Positions 46,848-56,767 are shown, numbered from the stretch's first letter. The stretch is 62,056 bases of DNA from Agathobacter sp. (GCA_045120755.1 JBGVFC010000072.1:1-62056); one strand, 5' to 3'. Notes: generated by a model from the letters alone, not told the origin. Numbers and translations: made by a program.

Positions 46848-49034
46848 ATGAAGATTATTAAGAGAAGCGGCAGCGAGGCGGTATTCGATGTACAGAAGAT
46901 TATCCACGCAATCAATCAGGCCAATGCGTCCGTAATTGATTATGAGAAATTGACCGATTCGCAGATTCAGGAGATTGCGCTGAATGTGGAGAATGCCTGC
47001 GAGAATATGAAGCGTTCCCCAAGTGTCGAGGAGATTCAGGATATGGTGGAGAACCAGCTTATGAATCAGCACGCCTTCACGGTAGCGCGTAACTATATTA
47101 CCTATCGCTATAAGAGAGCACTGGTTCGTAAATCCAATTCGACCGACCAGCAGATTTTAAGCCTGCTCGAATGCGACAATGAAGAGGTAAAACAGGAGAA
47201 TTCCAATAAGAATCCGACAGTGAACAGTGTTCAGAGAGATTATATGGCAGGAGAAGTCAGCAAGGATATTACCAAGCGTTTCCTGCTTCCGGAGGATATT
47301 GTGGAGGCACATGAGAAGGGACTGATTCACTTCCATGATGCAGATTATTTTGCACAGCATATGCACAATTGCTGTCTGGTCAATTTAGAGGATATGCTTC
47401 AGAACGGAACCGTCATCAGTGAGACGATGATTGACCGTCCGAAGAGTTTTTCTACTGCATGTAATATTGCAACACAGGCAGTAGCCCAGATTGCAAGCTC
47501 CCAGTACGGCGGGCAGAGTATTTCGCTTGCCCATCTGGCACCGTTCGTGCAGGTGAGCCGTGACAAATTCCGGCTGCAGGTGCGCAGGGAATTTGAAGAA
47601 GTTGGCATGGAGGTTGACGAAGAGAAGATTAACGAAATTGCCGAGATCCGTGTACGGGAAGAAATCAACCGCGGTGTACAGGTCATCCAGTATCAGGTCA
47701 TTACCTTGATGACAACCAACGGGCAGGCTCCGTTTATCACCGTATTCATGTATCTGAACGAGGTGCCGGAGGGACAGACCAGAACCGACCTCGCAGCAAT
47801 TATCGAGGAGATGCTCCGCCAGCGTATTCAGGGTGTCAAGAATGAGAAGGGTGTATATATCACTCCGGCATTCCCGAAGCTGATTTATGTGCTGGAGGAT
47901 AATAATATTACAGAGGATTCCCCATACTGGTATCTGACAAAGCTCGCAGCAGAGTGCTCGGCAAAGCGTCTGGTGCCGGACTATATCTCCGAGAAGAAGA
48001 TGAAAGAACTGAAAGTTGACAAGAACGGAGAGGGACACTGCTACACCTGTATGGGCTGCAGAAGCTTCCTTACCCCGTATGTAGATCCGGAGACAAACAA
48101 GCCGAAGTATTACGGTCGTTTCAATCAGGGCGTGGTTACACTGAATCTGGTGGATGTTGCATGCTCCTCCGGCAAGGATATGGATAAGTTCTGGAAGATT
48201 ATGGATGAGCGTCTGGAATTATGTTACCGTGCCCTTATGTGCAGACACAAACGGCTTCTCGGCACACCGAGCGATGTTGCTCCGATTTTGTGGCAGAATG
48301 GTGCGCTGGCGCGTCTGAAGAAGGGCGAGCCGATTGACAAATTGCTGTTCGGTGGATATTCCACGATTTCTCTCGGCTATGCGGGACTGTGTGAATGTAC
48401 CCGTTATATGACCGGTGTATCCCACACCGAGCCGGAAAAAGGTACTCCATTTGCAATTCAGGTCATGAAGAGACTCAATGATGCCTGTGCAGAGTGGAAA
48501 GCCAAGGAGAACATTGACTTTAGTATCTACGGAACCCCGCTTGAGTCCACTACCTACAAATTTGCCAAGTGCCTTCAGAAGCGCTTCGGTGTGATTGAGG
48601 GAGTGACAGACAAGAATTACATCACCAACAGCTATCATGTGCATGTGACCGAAGAAATCAATGCCTTCGATAAATTAAAATTCGAAGCACAGTTCCAGGC
48701 ATTGTCTCCGGGGGGAGCAATCAGCTATGTGGAGGTTCCGAATATGCAGAACAATATCGATGCGGTATTGGCGGTTATGCAGTATATCTATGATAACATC
48801 ATGTATGCGGAACTGAACACCAAGAGCGATTTCTGTATGAAGTGCGGCTATGACGGAGAGATTCGCATTGTCTCCGAAGAGGGAAGCGGCAAGCTGGTAT
48901 GGGAATGCCCGAAATGCGGCAACCGCGACCAGGATCAGATGAGCGTTGCGCGCCGTACCTGCGGATATATCGGAACACAGTTCTGGAATCAGGGACGTAC
49001 GCAGGAAATCAAGGAGCGCGTACTGCATCTGTAA
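46848..49034 (+). CDS. nrdD: Anaerobic ribonucleoside-triphosphate reductase
   Basis: N-terminal ATP cone (IIKRSG), HFHD, NCC, MGCRS, CxxC...CxxC and RRTCGY motifs. Confidence 0.97.
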   Translation: MKIIKRSGSEAVFDVQKIIHAINQANASVIDYEKLTDSQIQEIALNVENACENMKRSPSVEEIQDMVENQLMNQHAFTVARNYITYRYKRALVRKSNSTDQQILSLLECDNEEVKQENSNKNPTVNSVQRDYMAGEVSKDITKRFLLPEDIVEAHEKGLIHFHDADYFAQHMHNCCLVNLEDMLQNGTVISETMIDRPKSFSTACNIATQAVAQIASSQYGGQSISLAHLAPFVQVSRDKFRLQVRREFEEVGMEVDEEKINEIAEIRVREEINRGVQVIQYQVITLMTTNGQAPFITVFMYLNEVPEGQTRTDLAAIIEEMLRQRIQGVKNEKGVYITPAFPKLIYVLEDNNITEDSPYWYLTKLAAECSAKRLVPDYISEKKMKELKVDKNGEGHCYTCMGCRSFLTPYVDPETNKPKYYGRFNQGVVTLNLVDVACSSGKDMDKFWKIMDERLELCYRALMCRHKRLLGTPSDVAPILWQNGALARLKKGEPIDKLLFGGYSTISLGYAGLCECTRYMTGVSHTEPEKGTPFAIQVMKRLNDACAEWKAKENIDFSIYGTPLESTTYKFAKCLQKRFGVIEGVTDKNYITNSYHVHVTEEINAFDKLKFEAQFQALSPGGAISYVEVPNMQNNIDAVLAVMQYIYDNIMYAELNTKSDFCMKCGYDGEIRIVSEEGSGKLVWECPKCGNRDQDQMSVARRTCGYIGTQFWNQGRTQEIKERVLHL

Positions 49035-49040
49035 TGTGAA

Positions 49041-49123
49041 GTAACAGTTCAGCCATAACCAACCGAATGGGCGAGTCATGCTTGCATGAATGAGCACATC
49101 GGTTGGTTATGCGTGAAGCAGTA
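49041..49123. repeat. Family-2 GTAAC element between nrdD and nrdG
   Basis: About 70 nt near-identical to the reverse complement of 56697-56767; internal hairpin CATAACCAACCGA / TCGGTTGGTTATG. Confidence 0.85.
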
Positions 49124-49137
49124 AGCGGGAGGAAATC

Positions 49138-49659
49138 ATGAATTACGCGGGAATCAAATATTGTGATATTGCCAATGGATCAGGGTGCCGTACCGTATTG
49201 TTTGTGTCCGGATGCCGGAATCACTGTAAGGATTGTTTTCAGCCGCATACATGGGATTTTGAATATGGAAAGCCTTTTGACGAGGAAATCCAGCAGGAGA
49301 TTCTTGATTCGCTGGCTCCGGCTTATGTACAGGGAATCACTCTTCTCGGTGGCGAACCCTTTGAGCCGGAGAACCAGAAGGCGCTCGTCCCTTTTATGAA
49401 GAAGGTCAGGGAACGGTATCCGCAGAAAAATGTGTGGGCATACACGGGATATGTGTACGACAGGGATCTCATCAAAGGCGGAAGGAAATATACCGAAGAC
49501 ACCGACGAATTGCTGTCCATGATTGATATTCTGGTGGATGGACCGTTTGTATCGGAGCTTCAGGATATCTCGCTGAAGTTCCGCGGTTCACGCAACCAGA
49601 GAATCATTGACCTTACAAAAACCAGAGCGTGCGGGCAGATTGTTCTTGCTATGGAATAG
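49138..49659 (+). CDS. nrdG: Anaerobic RNR activating protein
   Basis: D.ANG.G.R..LFVSGC..HC..C, LGGEP, LVDG.F and FRGS.NQR motifs. Confidence 0.96.
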   Translation: MNYAGIKYCDIANGSGCRTVLFVSGCRNHCKDCFQPHTWDFEYGKPFDEEIQQEILDSLAPAYVQGITLLGGEPFEPENQKALVPFMKKVRERYPQKNVWAYTGYVYDRDLIKGGRKYTEDTDELLSMIDILVDGPFVSELQDISLKFRGSRNQRIIDLTKTRACGQIVLAME

Positions 49660-49708
49660 GATAGCGCGAGGTCTTGGCGCGGCTGGTTATGTTGGTTAGG
49701 AGAGCAGA

Positions 49709-50080
49709 ATGGCGAAGCAAAAGAAACATAAGATAAATTTTACATGGAACAAAAAAGTCAGAAAGGTTATGAGCACGCTCTGTTATATCATAGGTATCGT
49801 GGCAGCTTTGTATATCGGTGTATGGCTGATGTTTGTAAAGCCGGGCGTTACGCTGGTTGGGGCGCTTTTGTCACATCGCGCTACTATCAAGGTACTGATC
49901 ACTTCCTGTGTCAAGCTGCTTTTCGCAGGGACAACAACGGGTTTTGTGTGGTGCCTCGGATATGTCGGATATAATTATTTTAAGGGTGATGAGGATCCGG
50001 ACTGGGAGCGGATTAATGCTTGGGTACAACAGAATCAGGACGGTAAGTGCATACAGGATGAAGGAGGCGAGGCATTGTGA
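49709..50080 (+). CDS. Hypothetical membrane protein
   Basis: AGGAG RBS, two hydrophobic segments; stop overlaps the fliB GTG. Confidence 0.7.
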   Translation: MAKQKKHKINFTWNKKVRKVMSTLCYIIGIVAALYIGVWLMFVKPGVTLVGALLSHRATIKVLITSCVKLLFAGTTTGFVWCLGYVGYNYFKGDEDPDWERINAWVQQNQDGKCIQDEGGEAL

Positions 50081-51231
50081 TTTTGCGGGTGCCGGATTAT
50101 TATAAGACCTTCCGGTGTACAGCGGATGCCTGCAAGGATAGCTGCTGTATCGGATGGGAAATTGATATTGACGAAGATACCTATGAATTTTACAGGCAGC
50201 AGCAGGGAGCTTTCGGTGAGCGCCTGCAGACACATATGTATGAAACCTATGAGGGGGAGCACAGTTTTCGTTTGGGAAAAGGTGGGCGCTGCCCTTTTTT
50301 AAATGATAGGAATCTGTGTGATATCTGTATTGAGCTGGGAGAAGAAGCACTGTCGGAGGTGTGTACGGAGTATCCGAGATTTGCGATTGTGTATGGGGAT
50401 GTTCTGCAAAAATGTCTGAGCTTATCCTGCGAGGAGGTGGGAAGAATCCTTTTTAGCAGGGAGGAACCGGTGAAAATCGTGGACTATCACATTGGGGGAG
50501 AAGCTGCAGGGGATGACGCGTCTGAGGATGAAGCATTTGAGGATGAATTGCAGTGGATTTCATTTTTGGAGAGGGTTCAGGAATATGCAATTGAACTGCT
50601 GCAGGAGAGAAAAAGCCCGCTTGCACAGAGAATCTGTCGTTTCCTGACATGGATGGAAACCGTACAGAATGCAGTCAACGAATCGGAAAAGATTCCTGAT
50701 TTAGAAAAATGTATATACAAATTCGAAAACGAGGCAGAAAATAACAGAAAAAAGAAAGCTGAGTATTCTTCGGAAATATTTTTTGCAAGATTCGATGCGT
50801 TTACGGAGATGGAAACCCTTGATCATGAATGGGAGGAGGTTAAGGGAGAACTCGGGAAGACTTTTTCGGCAGACGAGGAGGATTCCTATCGTAATCTGTT
50901 GCAGCAGTATCTGGAAAGTCCTTCCTATCAGGAGAGGGATTACGAGCAATTACTCGTGTATTTTTTCTTCCGTTATTTTATGAACAGCGTCTATGATTAT
51001 GAGGTATTGTCCTATGCGAAGCTGGCTGTGGTATTTACACTGGTGATTCGTGATATGGATGTCGTAAGATGGAAAAAGAATCAGGGAAAATATGATTTGG
51101 CTGACCGCATTGATGTGGTTCGTATTTTTTCAAAGGAGGTAGAGCATTCACAGGAGAATGTCGAACTGATCCGTGAGGCATTTCTGTTTGAAGAGGTGTA
51201 TCGGGTAGACAGTCTGATTGAGCAAGTGTAA
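50077..51231 (+). CDS. fliB: Flagellin lysine-N-methylase (FliB-like)
   Basis: PDYY..F.C.A..C..SCC.GW.I.ID, CPFL....LC, C..YPR, SLSCEE and SKE.EHS motifs. Confidence 0.88.
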   Translation: MILRVPDYYKTFRCTADACKDSCCIGWEIDIDEDTYEFYRQQQGAFGERLQTHMYETYEGEHSFRLGKGGRCPFLNDRNLCDICIELGEEALSEVCTEYPRFAIVYGDVLQKCLSLSCEEVGRILFSREEPVKIVDYHIGGEAAGDDASEDEAFEDELQWISFLERVQEYAIELLQERKSPLAQRICRFLTWMETVQNAVNESEKIPDLEKCIYKFENEAENNRKKKAEYSSEIFFARFDAFTEMETLDHEWEEVKGELGKTFSADEEDSYRNLLQQYLESPSYQERDYEQLLVYFFFRYFMNSVYDYEVLSYAKLAVVFTLVIRDMDVVRWKKNQGKYDLADRIDVVRIFSKEVEHSQENVELIREAFLFEEVYRVDSLIEQV

Positions 51232-51264
51232 TTTTTCTTTTGATTCTATTTGTTTGGGTTTGAA

Positions 51265-51322
51265 GAATGAATTGCATATCCTGATTGCTTTACGGTCTGC
51301 AATAGAATATGCAAATTCATTC
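51265..51322. repeat. Family-1 copy between convergent genes
   Basis: GAATGAATTGCATAT...TTGCTTTACGGTCTGCAATAGAATATGCAAATTCATTC; its reverse complement matches the left arm of the 24879 copy. Confidence 0.8.
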
Positions 51323-51344
51323 TTTAGAATATTTATAACGAAAT

Positions 51345-52316
51345 TTATTTGTCCAATAAGTCCGTGTAGAAGCCGGCATAGTCGGTCAGCCCCTGCTTGG
51401 TGTAATCGATAGCTGCAGATGGGTGCTGGTTCAGGCGGCCGGTCAGAAGATATGGGATATCGTAACCCCAGAGTGCACCGGATTCCTTCAGCGGAAGCAT
51501 ATAGTCCTGCAGGAATTTGAGAACAGGGATGATGTTGTATTTCGGATTCTTCAGGAAGCTGAGCAGCAGTTCCATAGCGCAGTTACCGGCTCCGCGTCCC
51601 ATGGACATCATGGTTGCGTCCAAAAAGCTGACACCGCGGGCGGTAGCTTCAATGGTATTGGCGAAAGCAAGCTGCTGGTTGTTGTGTGCGTGAATTCCTA
51701 AGAATTTGTTGTATTTTTCGGCAGTCTCCATGTATTTGTCGGAAATGCTGCGAATCTGCTCCGGATAGAGAGAGCCGTAGCTGTCCACGATGTAGATGCC
51801 GTCTGCGCCGCTCTTGCCGACCATCTCAAGCGCCTGGTCAATATCGGATTCCTTCGCATTCGAGATAGCCATAATATTGCAGGTTACTTCATAGCCCTTG
51901 GCTTTTGCATCTTCAATCATATCAATTGCTGCCGGCATCTGGTGAACGTAGGTGGCAACACGGACCATATCAATGATACTGTCCTTCTTGTCCACGATAT
52001 CGTGCTTGTAATCACAGCGTCCCACATCTGCCATAACCGAAATTTTAAGTCCGGTATTGTTGTCTCCGACGATATCGCGGATTGCTTCTTCATCACAGAA
52101 TTTCCATTTGCCGAACTTGGTCACATCGAACAATTCCTTGGAAGCCTTGTAGCCGAACTCCATATAATCAACACCGGCCTTGACATTGGTCTGGTATAAT
52201 GCGCGAATGAACTCATCTGAAAACATAAAATTATTGACAAGCCCTCCGTCACGAATCGTAGCGTCAAATACCCGGATATCCTCGCGGGCTGTCATCAAAT
52301 CACCTTTTTGTGCCAT
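51345..52316 (-). CDS. DRE-TIM (HMGL-like) aldolase-domain protein
   Basis: DATIRDGG, H.HNN..LA.AN and MGRGAGN motifs; resembles the 4-hydroxy-2-oxovalerate aldolase catalytic domain. Confidence 0.85.
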   Translation of the reverse strand: MAQKGDLMTAREDIRVFDATIRDGGLVNNFMFSDEFIRALYQTNVKAGVDYMEFGYKASKELFDVTKFGKWKFCDEEAIRDIVGDNNTGLKISVMADVGRCDYKHDIVDKKDSIIDMVRVATYVHQMPAAIDMIEDAKAKGYEVTCNIMAISNAKESDIDQALEMVGKSGADGIYIVDSYGSLYPEQIRSISDKYMETAEKYNKFLGIHAHNNQQLAFANTIEATARGVSFLDATMMSMGRGAGNCAMELLLSFLKNPKYNIIPVLKFLQDYMLPLKESGALWGYDIPYLLTGRLNQHPSAAIDYTKQGLTDYAGFYTDLLDK

Positions 52317-52460
52317 TGTAAAAATCCTCCTGTGCTTTATCGCTTTAAAGCGTGTGAGTATATAATAGCATAAACTCAAGAAAAAGCAAGTAGAACTTTA
52401 CTTTTTTCGTAGGGACTAATATAATGTATGGGTAATTTCAGAGTAAGAGGGAGGATCGTC

Positions 52461-53429
52461 ATGATTAATTATCTTTGCAATTTGGATTTTTCCATACTTG
52501 CATTTATCGGGATTCTGTTTGCATTTGCGGTTACCTGTATTGCAATTGCCAGACTGAACCGTTTTTTACCGAAGGATATAGGGCGGCAGTTTGCACATGA
52601 TGGCACATTGTCCGCAGGAAAGCCGCGGGGGGCAGGAATTATTTTTGTATTTGTTTTTGCAGTATCGGCACTTTTGTTTGCGCAGATGAATGCAGAAATC
52701 GGAATCTATCTGCTTCTGGTTGTAATAGAGATGTTCACCGGATTTTTTGATGATGCGGCTGAGAAACCGTGGGGAGAATACCTGAAGGGATTTTTGGACC
52801 TTCTGGTTGCAATTGTCACAGCGCTTGTGTATATCCATTACAACGGAACGGATGTCACCTTTGCCCTCATTGGAAAAACGGTTACCCTTCATCCGATCCT
52901 GTTTGCGGTGCTGACGGTTATTCTCGTATGGGTATCCATCAATGTAACGAATTGTTCAGATGGGGTAGACGGGCTGTCCGGCACACTGACAATTATTTCG
53001 CTGATGACTTTCTTCATTATAGATAATATCCTTCAGGTGGATGATGGATTCAATTTCTGTATCCTGTTGTTTGCAGTATGTCTGTTGGGATATCTGTGGT
53101 ATAATGCGACACCGAGCAAACTGCTCATGGGGGATGCCGGTTCCCGTGCAATGGGAATTTTCCTTGCAATCACTGCATTGAAGTCCGGTTGTCCGGTGCT
53201 GTACATACTGGCGGCGGGAGTGCTGATTGTGGATGGCGGTTTAGGACTGCTCAAGGTTTCCCTTCTCCGTTTTCTGAAGATTCATATATTGAAGAACGTA
53301 ACCACACCGATTCATGACCATGTCCGTAAGAAGTCCGGCTGGTCCAATGCACAGGTGGTATTCCGGTTTGCCATTATTCAGATTGTATTGTCGCTTGCAG
53401 CCATATATTTAGTGATGATTTCCCACTGA
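52461..53429 (+). CDS. MraY-like polyprenyl-phosphate sugar-phosphate transferase
   Basis: GFFDD, N.TN..DG.DGL, MGDAGS and PIHDH motifs; about 10 TM segments. Confidence 0.85.
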   Translation: MINYLCNLDFSILAFIGILFAFAVTCIAIARLNRFLPKDIGRQFAHDGTLSAGKPRGAGIIFVFVFAVSALLFAQMNAEIGIYLLLVVIEMFTGFFDDAAEKPWGEYLKGFLDLLVAIVTALVYIHYNGTDVTFALIGKTVTLHPILFAVLTVILVWVSINVTNCSDGVDGLSGTLTIISLMTFFIIDNILQVDDGFNFCILLFAVCLLGYLWYNATPSKLLMGDAGSRAMGIFLAITALKSGCPVLYILAAGVLIVDGGLGLLKVSLLRFLKIHILKNVTTPIHDHVRKKSGWSNAQVVFRFAIIQIVLSLAAIYLVMISH

Positions 53430-53446
53430 TTTCATTCAAATAGTGC

Positions 53447-53481
53447 CAGCATCTAAGCCAGTGACGGTTTAGATGCTGTTT
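53447..53481 (+). terminator. Terminator
   Basis: CAGCATCTAA / TTAGATGCTG followed by TTT. Confidence 0.7.
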
Positions 53482-53546
53482 CTGTTATAATGTATAACCG
53501 GTTTTTTATGAGATGATTTTGAGATATTAAGAGGTATGGAAGAAAC

Positions 53547-54857
53547 ATGTACGAATTTAAATTACAGATAGGCTGTTTATTGATTGTGTTGTTTTTTACG
53601 GCAGCTTATGTGAAGACGACCCTGAATAAAAAAATACCATGCAATCGCATTTTTGATATGCTTCTTGCGGTTGCACCGTGGGCAATCCTGTTTGACGGGG
53701 TGACGGCATGGACAGTTAATCATCAGGACAGCGTGCCGGAGGTTGTCAACCGGTTATTGCATGGCTGTTTTTATATAACCATGGATGTTGTTATTTTGCT
53801 TATTTATGTTTATATGCTGCAACAGACGGTCGGCATTAAAAACAGAAAAGTGATGGCAGTTATGCTGATTCCCGGAATCGTTTCGCTGATTGGCATTGTG
53901 GCATTTCTAAAAGATGTGTATTATGTGCAGGGAAAGACAGCCTTCTATTCCATGGGATATTCCGTGATTGTCTGCTATGCCTCGCTGGTAGTCCACTGTG
54001 CGATTATTTTCGCCCTGATACTTGTGCGGGTGAGGGAGATCGAGAGGCGAAAACTGTTTGGTGTGTTTGCTTTTATGGGACTTGCCATTGTGGTGCTGAT
54101 CGTGCAGGTACTATTTCCGGAGTCGCTGATATCGTCACTTTTTCCGGTGCTGGCAGTGGTCGGAATCTATATCAGCTTTGAAGACCCTTCCATCCGGCGT
54201 CTTCAGAAGTACAATGAGGAAATGGTAACCGGATTTGCCACTCTGGTTGAAAACCGGGACAACAGCACGGGTGGACACATCCGGAGAACAAGGGAATATG
54301 TGCGGATTATTTTGGATGAGATGAAAAAGGATGCAGCGTACCGTAAGGAGTTATCCAGGGATTATGTGCAGAATGTGATAAAGGCTGCGCCTATGCATGA
54401 TATTGGAAAAATTGCAACGCCGGACTACATTTTGCAAAAACCGGGACGGCTTACGGACGAAGAGTATGCAATTATGAAAAACCATGCCGGGATTGGCGGG
54501 GATATCATCAAGAAGACATTTTCCGAGCTGGACGAACCGGAATATGAGAAAATTGCGTATGAGGTTGCCAGATTTCACCATGAAAAATGGAATGGAAAAG
54601 GATATCCGGACGGACTGCGGGGGGAGGATATTCCGCTGCATGCGCGTATTATGGCGATTGCAGATGTATTTGATGCGGTGTCGGCAAAGCGTTGTTATCG
54701 GGATGCGATGCCGATTGAAAAATGCTTTCAGATTATTGAAGAGGGAGCAGGCTCGGATTTCGACCCACATCTTACGGAATTGTTTCTGAATGCAAGGCAG
54801 GAAATTTTAACCTATTATGAAAATAGCAAAAGTGCAGAGACGGGCGATGAAGTCTGA
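53547..54857 (+). CDS. Membrane-anchored HD-GYP phosphodiesterase
   Basis: About 7 N-terminal TM segments; MHDIGKI, HHEKWNG.GYP and ADVFDA motifs. Confidence 0.9.
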   Translation: MYEFKLQIGCLLIVLFFTAAYVKTTLNKKIPCNRIFDMLLAVAPWAILFDGVTAWTVNHQDSVPEVVNRLLHGCFYITMDVVILLIYVYMLQQTVGIKNRKVMAVMLIPGIVSLIGIVAFLKDVYYVQGKTAFYSMGYSVIVCYASLVVHCAIIFALILVRVREIERRKLFGVFAFMGLAIVVLIVQVLFPESLISSLFPVLAVVGIYISFEDPSIRRLQKYNEEMVTGFATLVENRDNSTGGHIRRTREYVRIILDEMKKDAAYRKELSRDYVQNVIKAAPMHDIGKIATPDYILQKPGRLTDEEYAIMKNHAGIGGDIIKKTFSELDEPEYEKIAYEVARFHHEKWNGKGYPDGLRGEDIPLHARIMAIADVFDAVSAKRCYRDAMPIEKCFQIIEEGAGSDFDPHLTELFLNARQEILTYYENSKSAETGDEV

Positions 54858-54925
54858 GTAAAAATGAAGGCGCATTTTTATCCGGCAGCGGAATATACTA
54901 TACAAAAATATGTCTGGATGGCAAC

Positions 54926-56602
54926 ATGAATTGCAGGCAATTTATTTTATCTGAGAATACCTTAGAACTGATTGTGGATACGAACGCAGTGGGCGAGCCG
55001 TTACTAGAACCGGATTGTATCGTCCCGATTAGCGAAAAATACGAAATCTGGTATTATGACAGCAGCCGTGTGCCGCCGCTTTCCTTGGAAAATTATACAT
55101 ATGCGGCAATTCCCAAATGCTATGGACTTGTGGATAGTACGAGTCTGGAGGTAAGCGGGATACTCAAATTGCAGAACCAGCCCACCCTGTCCCTGACCGG
55201 ACAGGGTGTTTTTGTAGCAGTGATTGATACGGGAATCCAATATATGGATTTTGCTTTCCGTAATCGCGATGGGAGTACGCGGATTTTTTCCATCTGGGAC
55301 CAGACGCAGGACAGCGCACAGGAACAGGGGGAGATATTCTATGGTACAGAATATACAAGGCAGCAGATTAACGATGCACTGGCCGGCGAAAATCCGTATG
55401 ACATTGTACCGCAGCGGGATGAGAACGGACACGGCACATTTTTAGCAAGTGTGGCGTGCGGAAGTCCGTTTCCGGAGAATGATTTTACGGGGGCGGCACC
55501 GGACAGTGAGCTTCTTGTGGTAAAACTCAAACCGGCAAAGAAAAGCATCAAAGATTTTTTCTTTGTTCCGGATTCTGCCGTCACCTATGCGGAGAGCGAT
55601 ATCATGGCGGCAATCTCTTATGTAAGGCGTATTGCGGCAGAACAGAACCGGCCGCTTGTGATTTATCTGGGCTTTGGCACCAATAACGGAAATCATGCGG
55701 GAACGAGTCCTCTGTGTGATTATCTCGACCAGCTTGCAAGCCAGAGGCATCAGGCAATCGTGGCGGCAGCGGGGAACGAGGCAGCCAACCGGCATCATTT
55801 TTACGGACAGTCCAATTCACTGCTTCAGCCGCAGAATGTGGAAATCAATCTGGAGCAGGATGGCAATTTCTATGTGGAACTGTGGGCTTTGGCACCGGAG
55901 CGGTATGCCTTGAATGTGCAGTCGCCGACCGGAGAATTGCAGCCGAGAAGCGTGCCGGTAACCGAGACCAGTCAGACATATTCGTTTTTATTTGAGGGGA
56001 CGCGTCTTACCATCGATTATCGCGATGCGGGGAGAACGAAGCGGGACCAGCTTATTTTTCTTCGCTTTGAGGCTGCAAAGAGGGGAATCTGGACAATCCG
56101 TGTATATCCGCAGAGTACGATTAACGGATATTTTCATATGTGGCTGCCTATGCAGGGAATGCTTGCACAAAATGTATTTTTTCTCCGCCCGAATCCGGAT
56201 GTGACAATCACATCTCCGGCGGATGCACTTCTTCCGATAACGGCAGGCGGCTACAATGCCTATACGAACGCTGTTTATCTGGAATCGGGGAGAGGCTTTC
56301 GGGCGGATGGAATGGTAAAGCCGGATTTTTTGGCTCCGGCAGTGGAGGTACAGGGAAAAGACCTGCGGGGAAATTATACCATGCAGACGGGAACGAGTGT
56401 CGCCGCGGCAATCACCGCGGGAGCGTGCGCACAGGTGCTGCAGTGGGCGGTCACGGATGGCAATGCGATTGGAATCAACTCGGTGGACATTCAGAATTTT
56501 CTGATACGGGGAGCGACCAGAAGCAGGGAGCAGGAATACCCTTCGGTGGACAGAGGCTATGGAAACCTGAATGTCTATTCGGCATTTGAACTTTTGCGAT
56601 AG
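54926..56602 (+). CDS. S8 subtilisin-like Csp-type protease
   Basis: Intact triad (VIDTG, GHGT, GTSVAA), SIWDQT motif and a jelly-roll insertion typical of germination Csp proteins. Confidence 0.88.
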   Translation: MNCRQFILSENTLELIVDTNAVGEPLLEPDCIVPISEKYEIWYYDSSRVPPLSLENYTYAAIPKCYGLVDSTSLEVSGILKLQNQPTLSLTGQGVFVAVIDTGIQYMDFAFRNRDGSTRIFSIWDQTQDSAQEQGEIFYGTEYTRQQINDALAGENPYDIVPQRDENGHGTFLASVACGSPFPENDFTGAAPDSELLVVKLKPAKKSIKDFFFVPDSAVTYAESDIMAAISYVRRIAAEQNRPLVIYLGFGTNNGNHAGTSPLCDYLDQLASQRHQAIVAAAGNEAANRHHFYGQSNSLLQPQNVEINLEQDGNFYVELWALAPERYALNVQSPTGELQPRSVPVTETSQTYSFLFEGTRLTIDYRDAGRTKRDQLIFLRFEAAKRGIWTIRVYPQSTINGYFHMWLPMQGMLAQNVFFLRPNPDVTITSPADALLPITAGGYNAYTNAVYLESGRGFRADGMVKPDFLAPAVEVQGKDLRGNYTMQTGTSVAAAITAGACAQVLQWAVTDGNAIGINSVDIQNFLIRGATRSREQEYPSVDRGYGNLNVYSAFELLR

Positions 56603-56603
56603 A

Positions 56604-56767
56604 GTAACAGTTCAGCCCGCGCCATTCGCAATCTCGCCCTTCGGGCTTCAAAGCTTGCTTGCGCAAGCGGATTGCTCATAATCGGGCGCTTAGCTCATAA
56701 CCAACTGGATGCGCTCATTCATGCAAGCATGATTCGCCCATTCAATTGGTTATGGCTGAACTGTTAC
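56604..56767. repeat. Family-2 GTAAC element, longest copy
   Basis: Perfect 14-bp terminal inverted repeats GTAACAGTTCAGCC / GGCTGAACTGTTAC with several internal hairpins. Confidence 0.85.
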
